DNA from: Rhizophagus irregularis
Lineage: Eukaryota
Assembly (NCBI RefSeq): GCF_026210795.1
Contig: NC_089429.1
Location: forward strand, 6,820,001-6,884,000
Direction of reading: 5' to 3'
Length of the DNA stretch: 64,000 nucleotides
Shown here in pieces: positions 1-10,676 of this stretch (positions are counted from its first letter, which is position 1; the number at the start of each line of letters is the position of its first letter). A program made the position numbers and the translations under genes. A model generated the notes under the pieces. It was not told the DNA's origin. It was given only the letters and a program-made list of their open reading frames with translations, and made no database searches.

Positions 1-214
1 AACCCATTTCTCATATATATGGAATTTTTAACATATATTATTAAAAAGTAAGTATATTTTAATAAAATATAAAGTAAAATAAAAATTTATATAGCCTTAG
101 TAGCTATAAATGTTTATAAAAGTATAATAAAAATATCATATAAAAGATGGTATCATAATAAATATTTTCAAACAATAAAAATAATTATTTTATGTCGGAG
201 TTTGTATTACCATC

Positions 215-540
215 TTTAAACGCAAATATATCAAGATTCACTGATCCGTTTTCTATAATTTTAGGCTCGCTGGAAATCCCTTGTTCTGGACTTTATAGGC
301 GAAAAAAGAGCTCGCCGATTGAATCATTAGATCCAGAGATATTTACGTTTAAAGTTGAGGTACGAACTTTTTGACATGCTTAAATGCAAATATCTTGGAA
401 TCCACTGATCCATTTTTTATAAATTTAGGCTCTTTGGAAAGCCTTTGATCTGGTCTATATGAACAAAAAAAGTGCTTGCCAATTGGATCACTGGATCTGG
501 AGATATTTATGTTTTAAGTTGAGATACAAATTTTTAACAT
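215..540. repeat. Two diverged ~164-bp direct repeats, each an imperfect fold-back
   Basis: AAACGCAAATAT at 218 recurs as AAATGCAAATAT at 382, with colinear similarity through ...TTTTTGACAT/TTTTTAACAT. Each unit's ends are inverted (CTTTAAACGCAAATAT...ATATTTACGTTTAAAG). Confidence 0.75.
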
Positions 541-866
541 ACACTACCCTTCCAAAAGTATCCGGTCAAATAATAAAGATTATATTTTATTAATAATAAT
601 TAGTATTTAGTTGGCCATCCATTGTTTTTAATGCATGCTTCAATTCGATGTGGCATGCTCTCAATTAAATTAATGTAAGTTTCGGGTGGGATTCTTTCCC
701 ACTCATCTTGCAATACTTCTTCAAGTTCACGAAAATTCTTTGGATGTGTAGATCATTTTTGAAGTCTTCGTTCAAGTTCATGCCACAAATGTTCAATAGG
801 ATTAAGATCCGGGGATTGTGAAGGCCAATCTGGAAGAATCTTAATCTTTTTCTGTACAATCCAATT

Positions 867-1327
867 CACAGGTCGAAAAGTGAAAAATCAGGCATCAATC
901 AGTCACCAATCGGTCACCAATCAGGTACCTGATTGGTGACCGATTGGTGACTGATTGGCATTTTCGCCTAATACGTCGCCAATCAGGCAGTTTGCTAACT
1001 TTTGATTCAGTGATCAGAAAAAGATGAAATATAGCTCATTGGAATCGTCTCAATGAGACGAATCTAATGGTAGTAAAATCACATTTCTAGGATTAATACT
1101 TGATGAGAAATTAAGTAAAATATAAAATAAAAATGTATCATTTATATTTTATTTAATTTTTTATTAACTATTAATCCTAGAGATGCGATTTTACTACCAT
1201 TAGATTCGTCTTGTTGAGATGATTCCGATTAGCTATATTTCATCCTTTTCTGATCACTGGATCAAAAGTTAGCAAACTGCCTGATTGGTGACTGATTGAT
1301 GCCTGATTTTTCACTTTTCGACCTGTG
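867..1327. mobile_element. Fold-back non-autonomous element with CACAG termini and 3-bp TSD (CACTA/CMC-like)
   Basis: Starts CACAGGTCGAAAAGTGAAAAATCAGG and ends with its inverse. ATT is duplicated at 864-866 and 1328-1330. The arms are complementary almost to the centre. Removal restores DVKN|WIVQ. Confidence 0.9.
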
Positions 1328-1670
1328 ATTTTTAACATCTCTTGCGGTATGAACTGGAGCATTGTCATCCTGAAATGCGTAATGTTGCCTGTGATGTTTT
1401 GATCGAATGAATGGCAGTAAATTTTTTTCTAAAATATTAATATAATCTAACCTATTCATTTTACCATCTACTTTTACCAATGGTCCCAGTCCTTTTCCTG
1501 AAAAGCATCCCCACATCGTCATAACTAGGGATGGTTAGGTCGGTCCTGGTCCGGTCCTGGTCCTGGGACCTATAAGTCCTATTGAATGGACCTGCGGACC
1601 AGGTCCTGTTAGGACCAGTCCTGGACTAAGTTATTTATAGATTTTATGAATTTTAGTAATAATTAAATAT

Positions 1671-2350
1671 AAAAAAAGTGAGTTGCGATATCGGGATTCA
1701 CTTTTTTATATTGATTTTATATAAAAAAAGTGAGTTGCAGTATCGGGATTCACTTTTTTATATTGATTTTATATAGAAAAAGTGAGTTGCGGTTAGTGTT
1801 TGGATCTGGATAAAAACTGTTATCCGGATAAAATAATTACTCAATCCGGATAAAAACTTTAATTTTGTAAAAGGTGGAATTAAATCCAATTATCAACAAA
1901 TTTGAGTACTATGATCGTATTTGTAACACTAAGAGCTTTCAAACAAGCCATAAATCATAAAGTTCTGATCATTAGTTCATGAAATACAACAGTTTATCCG
2001 AAATCTGCAATCCGGATAAAATCTGACGAAATCCGGATAAAACCACGGTTTTTACCCGGATAATCACACTTTATCCGGATTGACCCGGGTCAAACCGGAT
2101 TCAGATCCAAACACTAGTTGCAGTATCGTGATTCACTTTTTTATATTGATTTTATATAAAAAAAGTGAGTTGCGGTATCGCGATTCACTTTTTTATATTG
2201 ATTTTATATAAAAAAAGTGAGTTGCGGTATTGCGATTCACTTTTTTATATTGATTTTATATAAAAAAAGTGAGTTGCGGTATCGCGATTCACTTTTTTAT
2301 ATTGATTTTAATATAAAAATGTGAATCGCAATATTGCAACTCATTTTTTA
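1671..2350. repeat. 52-bp minisatellite of hairpin-forming units (6 copies plus 1 inverted) inside the hAT MITE
   Basis: GTGAGTTGC recurs at 1678, 1730, 1782, 2165, 2217 and 2269. The unit AAAAAAGTGAGTTGCGGTATCGCGATTCACTTTTTT is an imperfect palindrome. Inverted copy near 2321. Confidence 0.9.
1794..2116. mobile_element. hAT MITE (TAGTGTT family)
   Basis: 15-bp TIR TAGTGTTTGGATCTG, 8-bp TSD GTTGCGGT/GTTGCAGT and many ATCCGGAT subterminal motifs. Confidence 0.9.
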
Positions 2351-3548
2351 TATGATTTTAATAATATAAAAATTGTATTGCAATATTGCAGTGCACTTTT
2401 TTATAATTTATAATTACTTAAAATCAAATTTACAGCAAATTATACATATATAATTTAAACATAGTATAGATCTCTTATAACCTTATTGGCTAGGACTTTT
2501 TAGGACCTGGTCCGCTTCTGGTCCAAAATTTGGATCTAAAGATCTGCAGACCAGGACCTAGGACCAGGTCTTTAGGTCCAGGACCTACGACTTTACCATC
2601 CCTAGTCATAACACCACCACCACTGTGTTTAACTGTAGGAGTCAAATTTTCAATATCATATCAGGTTCCATTTTTTCGCCAAACATGACTAGGACCATCA
2701 TTTTGAAAAAGTGTAAATCTAGATTCGTCACTCCAGATGATAGTTTTCCATTGTTACACAGACCAACTTTGCCATTCTATGCATCATGACAACCATTTTT
2801 CACATTGAGATTCTGTAAGAAGTGGTTTTGGCGCAGCAACCCAGAAATAAATTTGCATTTGATGAAGGTTTTTACAAATAGTGTTAGCTGAAATCTGTTT
2901 ATCCTGTGAACCATGAAATTTCTGCTGAATTTCACCCAAAGAAAGTTTATTATTCTTTTTAATAATTTCAAAAGTTTACGATGATCATTATTATTCATGG
3001 AACATGGTCTTCTAGTTCTTTTATTTGTTAATCCAATATTAAAATTTTTGTATCGGGAAATTGTGTCTGTAATGGTACTTTTTGGAATTTTTAGGACATG
3101 ACTGATAGCTTCATGAGTTCTTCCTCCTTTTCAGAGGCCAATAATTTGCCCACGTTCAAACTCACTCAACTCACGAGTTTTTCCCATTTTAAAATAGCCA
3201 AGTGGCGTAGTGAACAAAAAAAGCAAAGATAATCATTGGCAAAATTGAGGCGTTATTATTTGTTTTAATTACCAAATCCGGTACATGCATCATAACACAA
3301 TAAAAATACATCCATTTTAAAAAAAATGATAATTTATATATTCAATTTTGAGAAAATTGAAAAGAGCTTGACCGGATACTTTTTGGAGGGTAGTGTATAT
3401 AGTAAGTGCTAAAAATTATATTAATTTAAAAGAAATATTTACCAAATTATAGTATAATAACATTAAATAAAATTTTTTAATACTTATTGTATATTATATA
3501 GTATTTTGTATAATAAAAATGTAATAAAATTAATATTTTAATTAAAGG

Positions 3549-5411
3549 TAGACAAATCAGCCCATATGCTTATTACTAATAGTATTTATACTGGACGTCC
3601 TATTATTGATGAAACAACTGTGCCTTCTTATATAAGAACAGGAGATTCTTATTTTCGTCAAAAAGAATATCATATTAATACAATGGTTCAAGGATTTGGT
3701 CTTCCACAAATTTTTTATACTATGACTATGGCTGAAAATCATTCGCTACATTTGCATAAAATTTTATCAAAAACTGATAATAAAGATACTTTACCTTCTA
3801 ATCATTCTTTTCATACTTATTTACATTATCATCACCATTTATCATCAATACATCAATCTTTTTGGAAAATCCAAATCTAACAAATTGGAGTAATTGGTTA
3901 CATCATTTTGAACGAGATGAATTTCAAAATCGTGGAGCAATACATACACATGGTATTGCCTATTTGTCTAAATCAATTCCTGAATTAATTGATTCTAATA
4001 TTATTAGTAAAGCAGATATGCCTAATCCCAATTTAAAACCAGAATTATATGAATTAGTTAAAAAACATCAAATTCATACATGTGATTCATGTTGTGGTGG
4101 TCCTGCTCTACCTGGATCATGATGCAAAAAAGGATTTCCACAACCTTACTCAAATACTACATATGAAGATCTTAATTCCTTAAGATATATTTATTTTCGT
4201 ACAAAAGAAGAAGATTTATATGTTATTCCATATCATGCACCAACTTTATTTTTATGGAATGGACATGTAAATTTTCAGTATGTAACAACACACCAATTTG
4301 CAAAATATATGACAAAATATGTTATAAAATCAGAACTTACAGAATATTTTGATCTTTTTGAAGCTAATGCATATCGAAAACATACTTTAGCCAGGCGTTT
4401 TGGTTCAATGGAATTAATGATTCTTTTACTTGGATATTCAATATGTCAATCATCAATTGCTGTTGAATTTCTTCCTTCCATTCCTTCTGAAGTAAGAAAT
4501 AAATCTGTTAAGCCACCTTATTTATTACAACAAGGAGAACAACTATCTCCATATTGGGATGATGCAATTGATAAATATTTTGATCATCCATCTGATAATA
4601 TATTTAATAATTTAACATATCCCTTGTCACAATTATATTATTCAAAAAAATCAACCAACTAATGGAATATATTTTATTGATAAAAAAAATCAGTTTATAA
4701 AAAAAATGACAAAAAGAAATTTTTGTACATTTTCAACATTTAACTATTCAACATTCTGAATCATTTTTTTATCAACAATTACTACTCAGATTATCTGCTC
4801 GAAGTGAAGCTGAGTTAAAAAATTCTTATCCAACTTATAAAGCTTATTTTGAAGTAAAATATCCTACTGAATATTCATTGACCTTAAATTATGTGCAAAA
4901 CTCAATGTAAACTAATATTCAAAAATATACAAAAAATTATCAGAATTTAATTGATAAATTAATAACTTTATTACATACAAATTTACAGCATATTATCAGA
5001 AACCAATTATTTAATTTATTAAAACAACCCAATCCTTCAAATAGTCTTTCTTTAATGATATTTTCAGAAGATCAATATAAAGTATTTAATATACTTATAA
5101 ATAATTGGGAACAAAGAGAACATTCTAAACATCCATACTTTTTTTTAACTAGTTCAGCAGGTACAGGTAAATCTTTTATGATTCAACAAATTGTAAATTT
5201 TCTAATTAACAGAAATATTAAATATTTATTAATGGCACCTACTGGAGTTGCTGCTAAAAATGTTGATAGTCAAACTATACATTCAACATTACATATTAGA
5301 AATACTCAAACATATTTTGAAACATTATCTCATTATAATGATCAGCAAAGAAATGAACTTAGTCAAATTAAAGCTATTATAATTGAAGAAGTATCAACTA
5401 TGTATTTATAA
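3549..5411 (+). pseudogene. Helitron Rep-helicase (HUH Rep plus Pif1-like helicase), frameshifted and truncated
   Basis: GLPQIFYTMT (Rep motif 1), EFQNRGAIHTH (HUH), CKKGFP, YMTKY (catalytic Tyr pair), then FFLTSSAGTGKS (Walker A), MAPTGVAA, TIHS and IIIEEVS (Walker B). The sequence ends after Walker B. Confidence 0.92.
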
Positions 5412-6191
5412 TAATGATATCTGATTTAATTTTATATTTTAAATTTAGATTTTATTATAAATAGTATTAGAATTTTAAGGAGATCAAATTAAATTATAAA
5501 GCATGTTAAATTGAGGTAAGACGAATAGTAGTATAGTAAGCATAGCGGACATCCCTATTTTATCACAATTTTGATGATCATTTGTTGATCATTTATTCAA
5601 TTTTATCTCTTCGCTATAATTAAATTGATTGGCTTTGGTTGAAAATAAGCTTAACCAGTTAATTAACCGGTTAAAACGGTTAACCAGTTAAACATTTGTT
5701 AACCGGTTAAAAAACAATTTTTAACCAGTTAAATTAATCGGTTAAATTAATTGGTTAATTTAACCGGTTAAAATGCTGAAAATATTTGTAATTCTAGCCA
5801 AATTTACAGTGCCAGCCAGAATTATAAATCACGGACTTCAGATAAAAGTTTAGCTACCAGGTAAGATACCAACAGACTAGTGTTTGTATCTGGTTAATAT
5901 CTGGATAAAAAAATCTGTTACCGTTAAGAATTTTTAAATCTGGTTATCCAGAAAAATTATTTTTTGCTAAACTGGGATATCCATCCGGCTTAATCTGTGA
6001 TATTCGTGGATAACTAACGGGTTATAAACAGATTTGTATCTGGATATAAAAGTAAACAACCCGTGAACCTAATATAATTTTTTCACACAGTTTTATTTGT
6101 ATTTTATAGATTTATAAAAAAAAAATAAAAAATTTTTATTCAAAAATTGCTTTATTGGAATTCATTATGAGATTTATATGAAGTATATAAG

Positions 6192-6488
6192 CAGGGTTGG
6201 GAATTGTACTAGTACAGTACTAGTACAGTATAGTACAGTACTAAGTACTGTACTTGTACTTGAAAATTTAGTACAAATACAATTTTAGTACATACTATTA
6301 ATAAATTTTATTGGTTAATTTTATAAATATAAACAATATTGATCACATGATATCTACCTAAAATGGTTAAATTATATCCTAAAAAGTAATAATTGTATTA
6401 GTACAGTGTACTTAGTACTTGTACGAAATTTTTACTAGTACAGTATGTACTAGAATTTTGCTAGTACAGGTGTACTACCACAACCCTG
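6192..6488. mobile_element. hAT MITE (Ac-like CAGGGTTG termini)
   Basis: CAGGGTTG...CAACCCTG with perfect 8-bp TSD TATATAAG (6184-6191, 6489-6496) and AGTAC/GTACT subterminal repeats. Confidence 0.88.
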
Positions 6489-7190
6489 TATATAAGTATA
6501 TAATAGAATAATAAATTCTAAACATCAAGAATAGAGCTGGAGGGTAAATAATAGCAAAATGGTGACTATTTCATTTTAAGAACATAACACGGCTAAATAA
6601 CTCAAGTTTAATTCATATTTTTTTAACAGTTAAAAGTTACCTGCATCTGAGAATAGTCATTCTGAAGGAGTAGATGCTGCCCGAATGCCTAATATCTTTT
6701 TAAATAATTGGCTTAAAACTGGAAATTTCTCTTTTTTTTTCATTCCACCAAGCATATGGATCTTTTTCAAATGGAATCTCTTCTAATGCTAAATAATCAC
6801 CTATTTCATTTTCGGTTATTAATGGTTTGGTAAAGGCATCAAATAGTGATCTTTTTTTTCGCTGAGATGAAGCTGGAGGTAAGGATGAAGCAGTAGAGGG
6901 TTGGTTGGACTTTATTTCGTTATATTTATTTTGCAATTCATTTTCTGCAACTTGCTTTTGGTCTGGCGTAAATGATTGTAATTTTTTTAAAACATGGATT
7001 AAGAAGGGCAGCCAGAAGAGCTTCTGATGATGCTGGATTAAAATAATGAATCATTGCATCATACAAATTTTTTTTTACTTGATCTAAAATATTGTGAGTA
7101 TTAATAGGTGTATTAATTTCCCTATTTTTTTCTAATTCAGAAACTTCCCCAAAAGCATCAACAGTTCTGACAAGATTAATATCAGTAAAG

Positions 7191-7708
7191 TAGTGTTCCA
7201 ATCTGAGGATATCTGTCACTATTTTATCTGATCCGATTAGAATCCACCATCCGTTTATCTGATCCGATTAGAAATCCATCATCCAGAATATCCGCATAAG
7301 TATCATCTGGATCATCCAGATCATCCTTAAGGATTATCCGGATTATCTGTTAATACCATTAAAATTTGTATATTATATAATTCCAGCTGGCATTAACTGA
7401 TCGGCACCGGAATTTCCTTTTTTGGATACTTGTACAACAAGAATTCCAATTTTCACAGAAATTAAAATTTCCTTTTTTGGAGATTTGTGTAACATCACGT
7501 GATTTGGCGGGATCCGAATCATTATAAATTAAATTTGTTGGATATCCGTCAGATGAATCCGTTATTATCCGTCATCTGAGAAATCTGATCCGTTATTATC
7601 CGTCATCTGTGTGATCCGATCCGTTAACTTATCTGTTATCTGTATAACCGCCAATATCCAGATATCCATCAAAAAATCCGGATAGCAGCTAATCGGATTG
7701 GAACACTA
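7191..7708. mobile_element. hAT MITE (TAGTGTT family) inside the hAT transposase
   Basis: TIR TAGTGTTCCAATC with perfect 8-bp TSD CAGTAAAG (7183-7190, 7709-7716). Removal restores NNNFT|DINLV. Confidence 0.92.
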
Positions 7709-9191
7709 CAGTAAAGTTGTTGTTACTTGAAGATGGACGAATCCATTTCATAATTTCAGTTATAGTAGGATTCATACTACTGTAAGTACAATATTTGCAT
7801 CCACCTAAATAATTTGTTGCGTCTGCAAAATGTGAAAGTACTTCGGTTAAATCCAAAATTAATGACCATTCGTTCTCTGTTATCATTATATTTCTTAGTC
7901 GCTTTGCATCCTTTTGGGAATCAGGATCAGACTCAAGCTCAAGGTGATTAAGTAATCCCTTAATGTATCCTTTTAGTTTGATAAGACGGTTCCAAGCTAA
8001 GTAACTAGAATTCCATCTAGTTGAAACGTCAGCAATAGTATTCAGATATTTAGAAGTTTTAGAAGCATCCTAAAATAAAGTAAATTAAATAGAACGCGTA
8101 TGTAGTCAATATTATTTAATAAATTTTAATTTATTTTTTAAAATGAATTGTTTTAACGTGTTTTCAGTGTATTTACATTTCATATTACATTTTTTCCTTA
8201 TTATTAATAAAAAAAATAATTAAATCAATAATACATACTACAGGCTCTTCACCTTCCTCATTATTAGCAAAAGAAGGATGGTCTTTTTGAATCTTTTCAA
8301 GCCTTTCAGACTGTTTGGGCATCATAAAAAAATCTATCAAACGCTTTACCTGTAATATCAGAGTTTTCGCTACATGCAGTCTCTTTCCTACTACCAACTG
8401 TAAAGTATGTGCAAAACAGCCCATCCAATTAACTCCATTTAACAATTTAACTGCCTTTTTCATATTTGAGCCGTATTTTCCATTTTTTTAAAATACCTTC
8501 AAAACATTCAGCTATGTGCTCAGTGGTATGTGAATATTGAACATATTCTATCGCAAGTATAACCTCTTTAAGGATGAATTCTGGATCTATATACGAACAT
8601 GTGATTCCAAGAAATCCTTTCCGATTCCTGTCAGTCCACAAATCTGCCGTTAGTGCCACAGATATTGCTTCCTTTCCAATTTGCTCTACCATTTTCAGAT
8701 ATGTAAAATTATATGCTTAATGTATAATTGCCTTTATGGTTTTTGCTTCTGGTACTAAAAATGCAGGATCTAATTCATTGCAAAAAATACAAAATGATGG
8801 GCTGTTAACAACTGAAAAAGGTTGTAAATCATCAATAATCCAATTAACCAAAAATTGACAAAGTGTATTTTGCCATTTTTCTGGATGTTTTTTAATTACA
8901 TCAAGCTTTTGTTGTTTATCCTACAAAATTAACAAAAAAGAAATTATATTATATTACTATTTGAATATTAAAATACTTTACTGATTTAACTATAAACTAT
9001 ACCATACCGCAGGTTGTTTTCCATCTTTAGTTATTTTATGAACAGACCATAAATGACTAATTCCATTACCTGTTGAACCATCATGTTTAAGTTTCACGTT
9101 ACATTTTTTTCCCTCTTCCCCTTCCACTTGACATATTATAATTAATTCATCTTTATCATTAAACCCTTTGATAAAATACTCCCATATCCAG

Positions 9192-10676
9192 AACATAGCA
9201 GGCTTTCCAATTTTTGAATAATCACATGATGATCGGCATATGTATTGTTTTTAGTTTTTTATTTAATAAATTATCTGTTACGGCGTCATAATAAATAACT
9301 AAAATTCACATTTTTTAAATGACGTAATACTGATATAATTGTTTGTATATAGATATGTATTTTATTGGCTGGATATCATATGTATCGCACATGTGATAGC
9401 TGTACTAATTTATTTTAATTGTGCTACAAAAAATTTAATAGCGAAGGATGATAAAAAAAATTGATTCTTCAGGTCTTGTTTAAACGTATTACAAAGGAAT
9501 CTGGCTATTGGAGGTGGAATCCAGAAGTTATAAACACTTGAAACCTTCTTATAAAACGAAAATAAGTATAGTATGTTTATATTATTTGGCTTTACAAAGA
9601 ATTTTTGACAAAAAATAGTTGGAATCAAATAAAGATATATTTGACACTCCAGGTTCTTCTTAAGTGTAAGTTATAAAGTTTTAAATAAGTTTAGTGTCAA
9701 AAAAATTCTTTATTGATAGAACTCCTTACCATTTAAAGGGTCAGATAGGATTTTTAGAATTTTTTTTTCCTTTATTAATAAACTAATTATTTCTTTCTCT
9801 TTTTTAGGAGTTGACTTATGAATTTCATCAGTATATTCTATTAAAAGCTTAAACAACATCCTTTAAATAAAGTGAAAGGAGTTTTATGGCTACAATTATT
9901 GGTAAGAAATATAATTTAAATTTTGTGTCAGTTTTGATTGTAATGACATTATCGTTAATTTATCAACATACACATATGCTAAATGAATAATTTTATATTC
10001 CTTTGAAAGGTGTAAATGGGCTCTAATTTTGGAATCAAAAATCATGCAAATTGAATCATTAGATAAGGAGATATTTACGTTCAAATGCAAGAGTTTATGT
10101 CAAATTGATAGTAAATGTGTTGAGCGTATTTATTAAGGAACCAATGATTCAATCAATGCAATTTTTAACTTTTTGGATAGATCTCATTCTCTCCTTTCAA
10201 ATAAATATAAATTCATTTTTCTAGCATGCATATATGTTGAGTTATTTATAATTTTGCAACAGGGATTATAATGGATTTTTAATTTATATGGAAGGTACAT
10301 ATTAAAATTCTTGAATTTATTTCAGATTCTAATAAAATTTTTTTTGCAAATATATTTTATTAATATTTATTAGTTTGCAAGATTTAAAGTACGATTATTA
10401 TGTGAGTTTTTAAATCTGCCAGTCATTTATATTAAAAAATTACGTAAAATGCATTAAATTAAAAGTTACTACTTATAAAAATTGGTCAATAATAATTCAA
10501 TTTGAATAAAACTTTGTATGATTAAAATTTAAAGTGCAATAAATTTATTTGCAATATTTGAGGTCATATTAATATGTAGAATTTATGCAATGTCTTGTAA
10601 CGGCATTTTATATCATGTGATAAAATCGGGAAATGATCAGCAAATTAATGTGATAAATGAGAAAGCCCGCTATGCT
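9192..10676. mobile_element. Second member of the AGCATAGCGG / 9-bp-TSD family, inserted in the BED finger
   Basis: AACATAGCAGGCTTT ... AAAGCCCGCTATGCT with TSD CATATCCAG at 9183-9191 and 10677-10685. Removal restores KTSWIWEYF. Confidence 0.87.

Larger units (their letters stand above)
1526..2604. mobile_element. Non-autonomous hAT element (TAGGGATGGT TIRs)
   Basis: TAGGGATGGT...ACCATCCCTA with 8-bp TSD GTCATAAC (1518-1525, 2605-2612) and GGTCC/GGACC subterminal repeats. Confidence 0.92.
600..3187 (-). pseudogene. Tc1-type DDE transposase (DD35E spacing), disrupted
   Basis: ATG at 3187 reads MGKTRELSEFERGQIIGL (HTH), then [42 protein letters not shown] and GWPTKY* (stop 600-602). Removing 867-1327 and 1526-2604 rejoins the frame. 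Several premature stops remain. Confidence 0.93.
542..3395 (-). mobile_element. Tc1/mariner DNA transposon, full length, interrupted by nested insertions
   Basis: 28-bp TIRs CACTACCCTTCCAAAAGTATCCGGTCAA (542-569) and its inverse (3368-3395, 26/28 identical), flanked by TA at 540-541 and 3396-3397. Encloses a Tc1 transposase. Confidence 0.95.
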
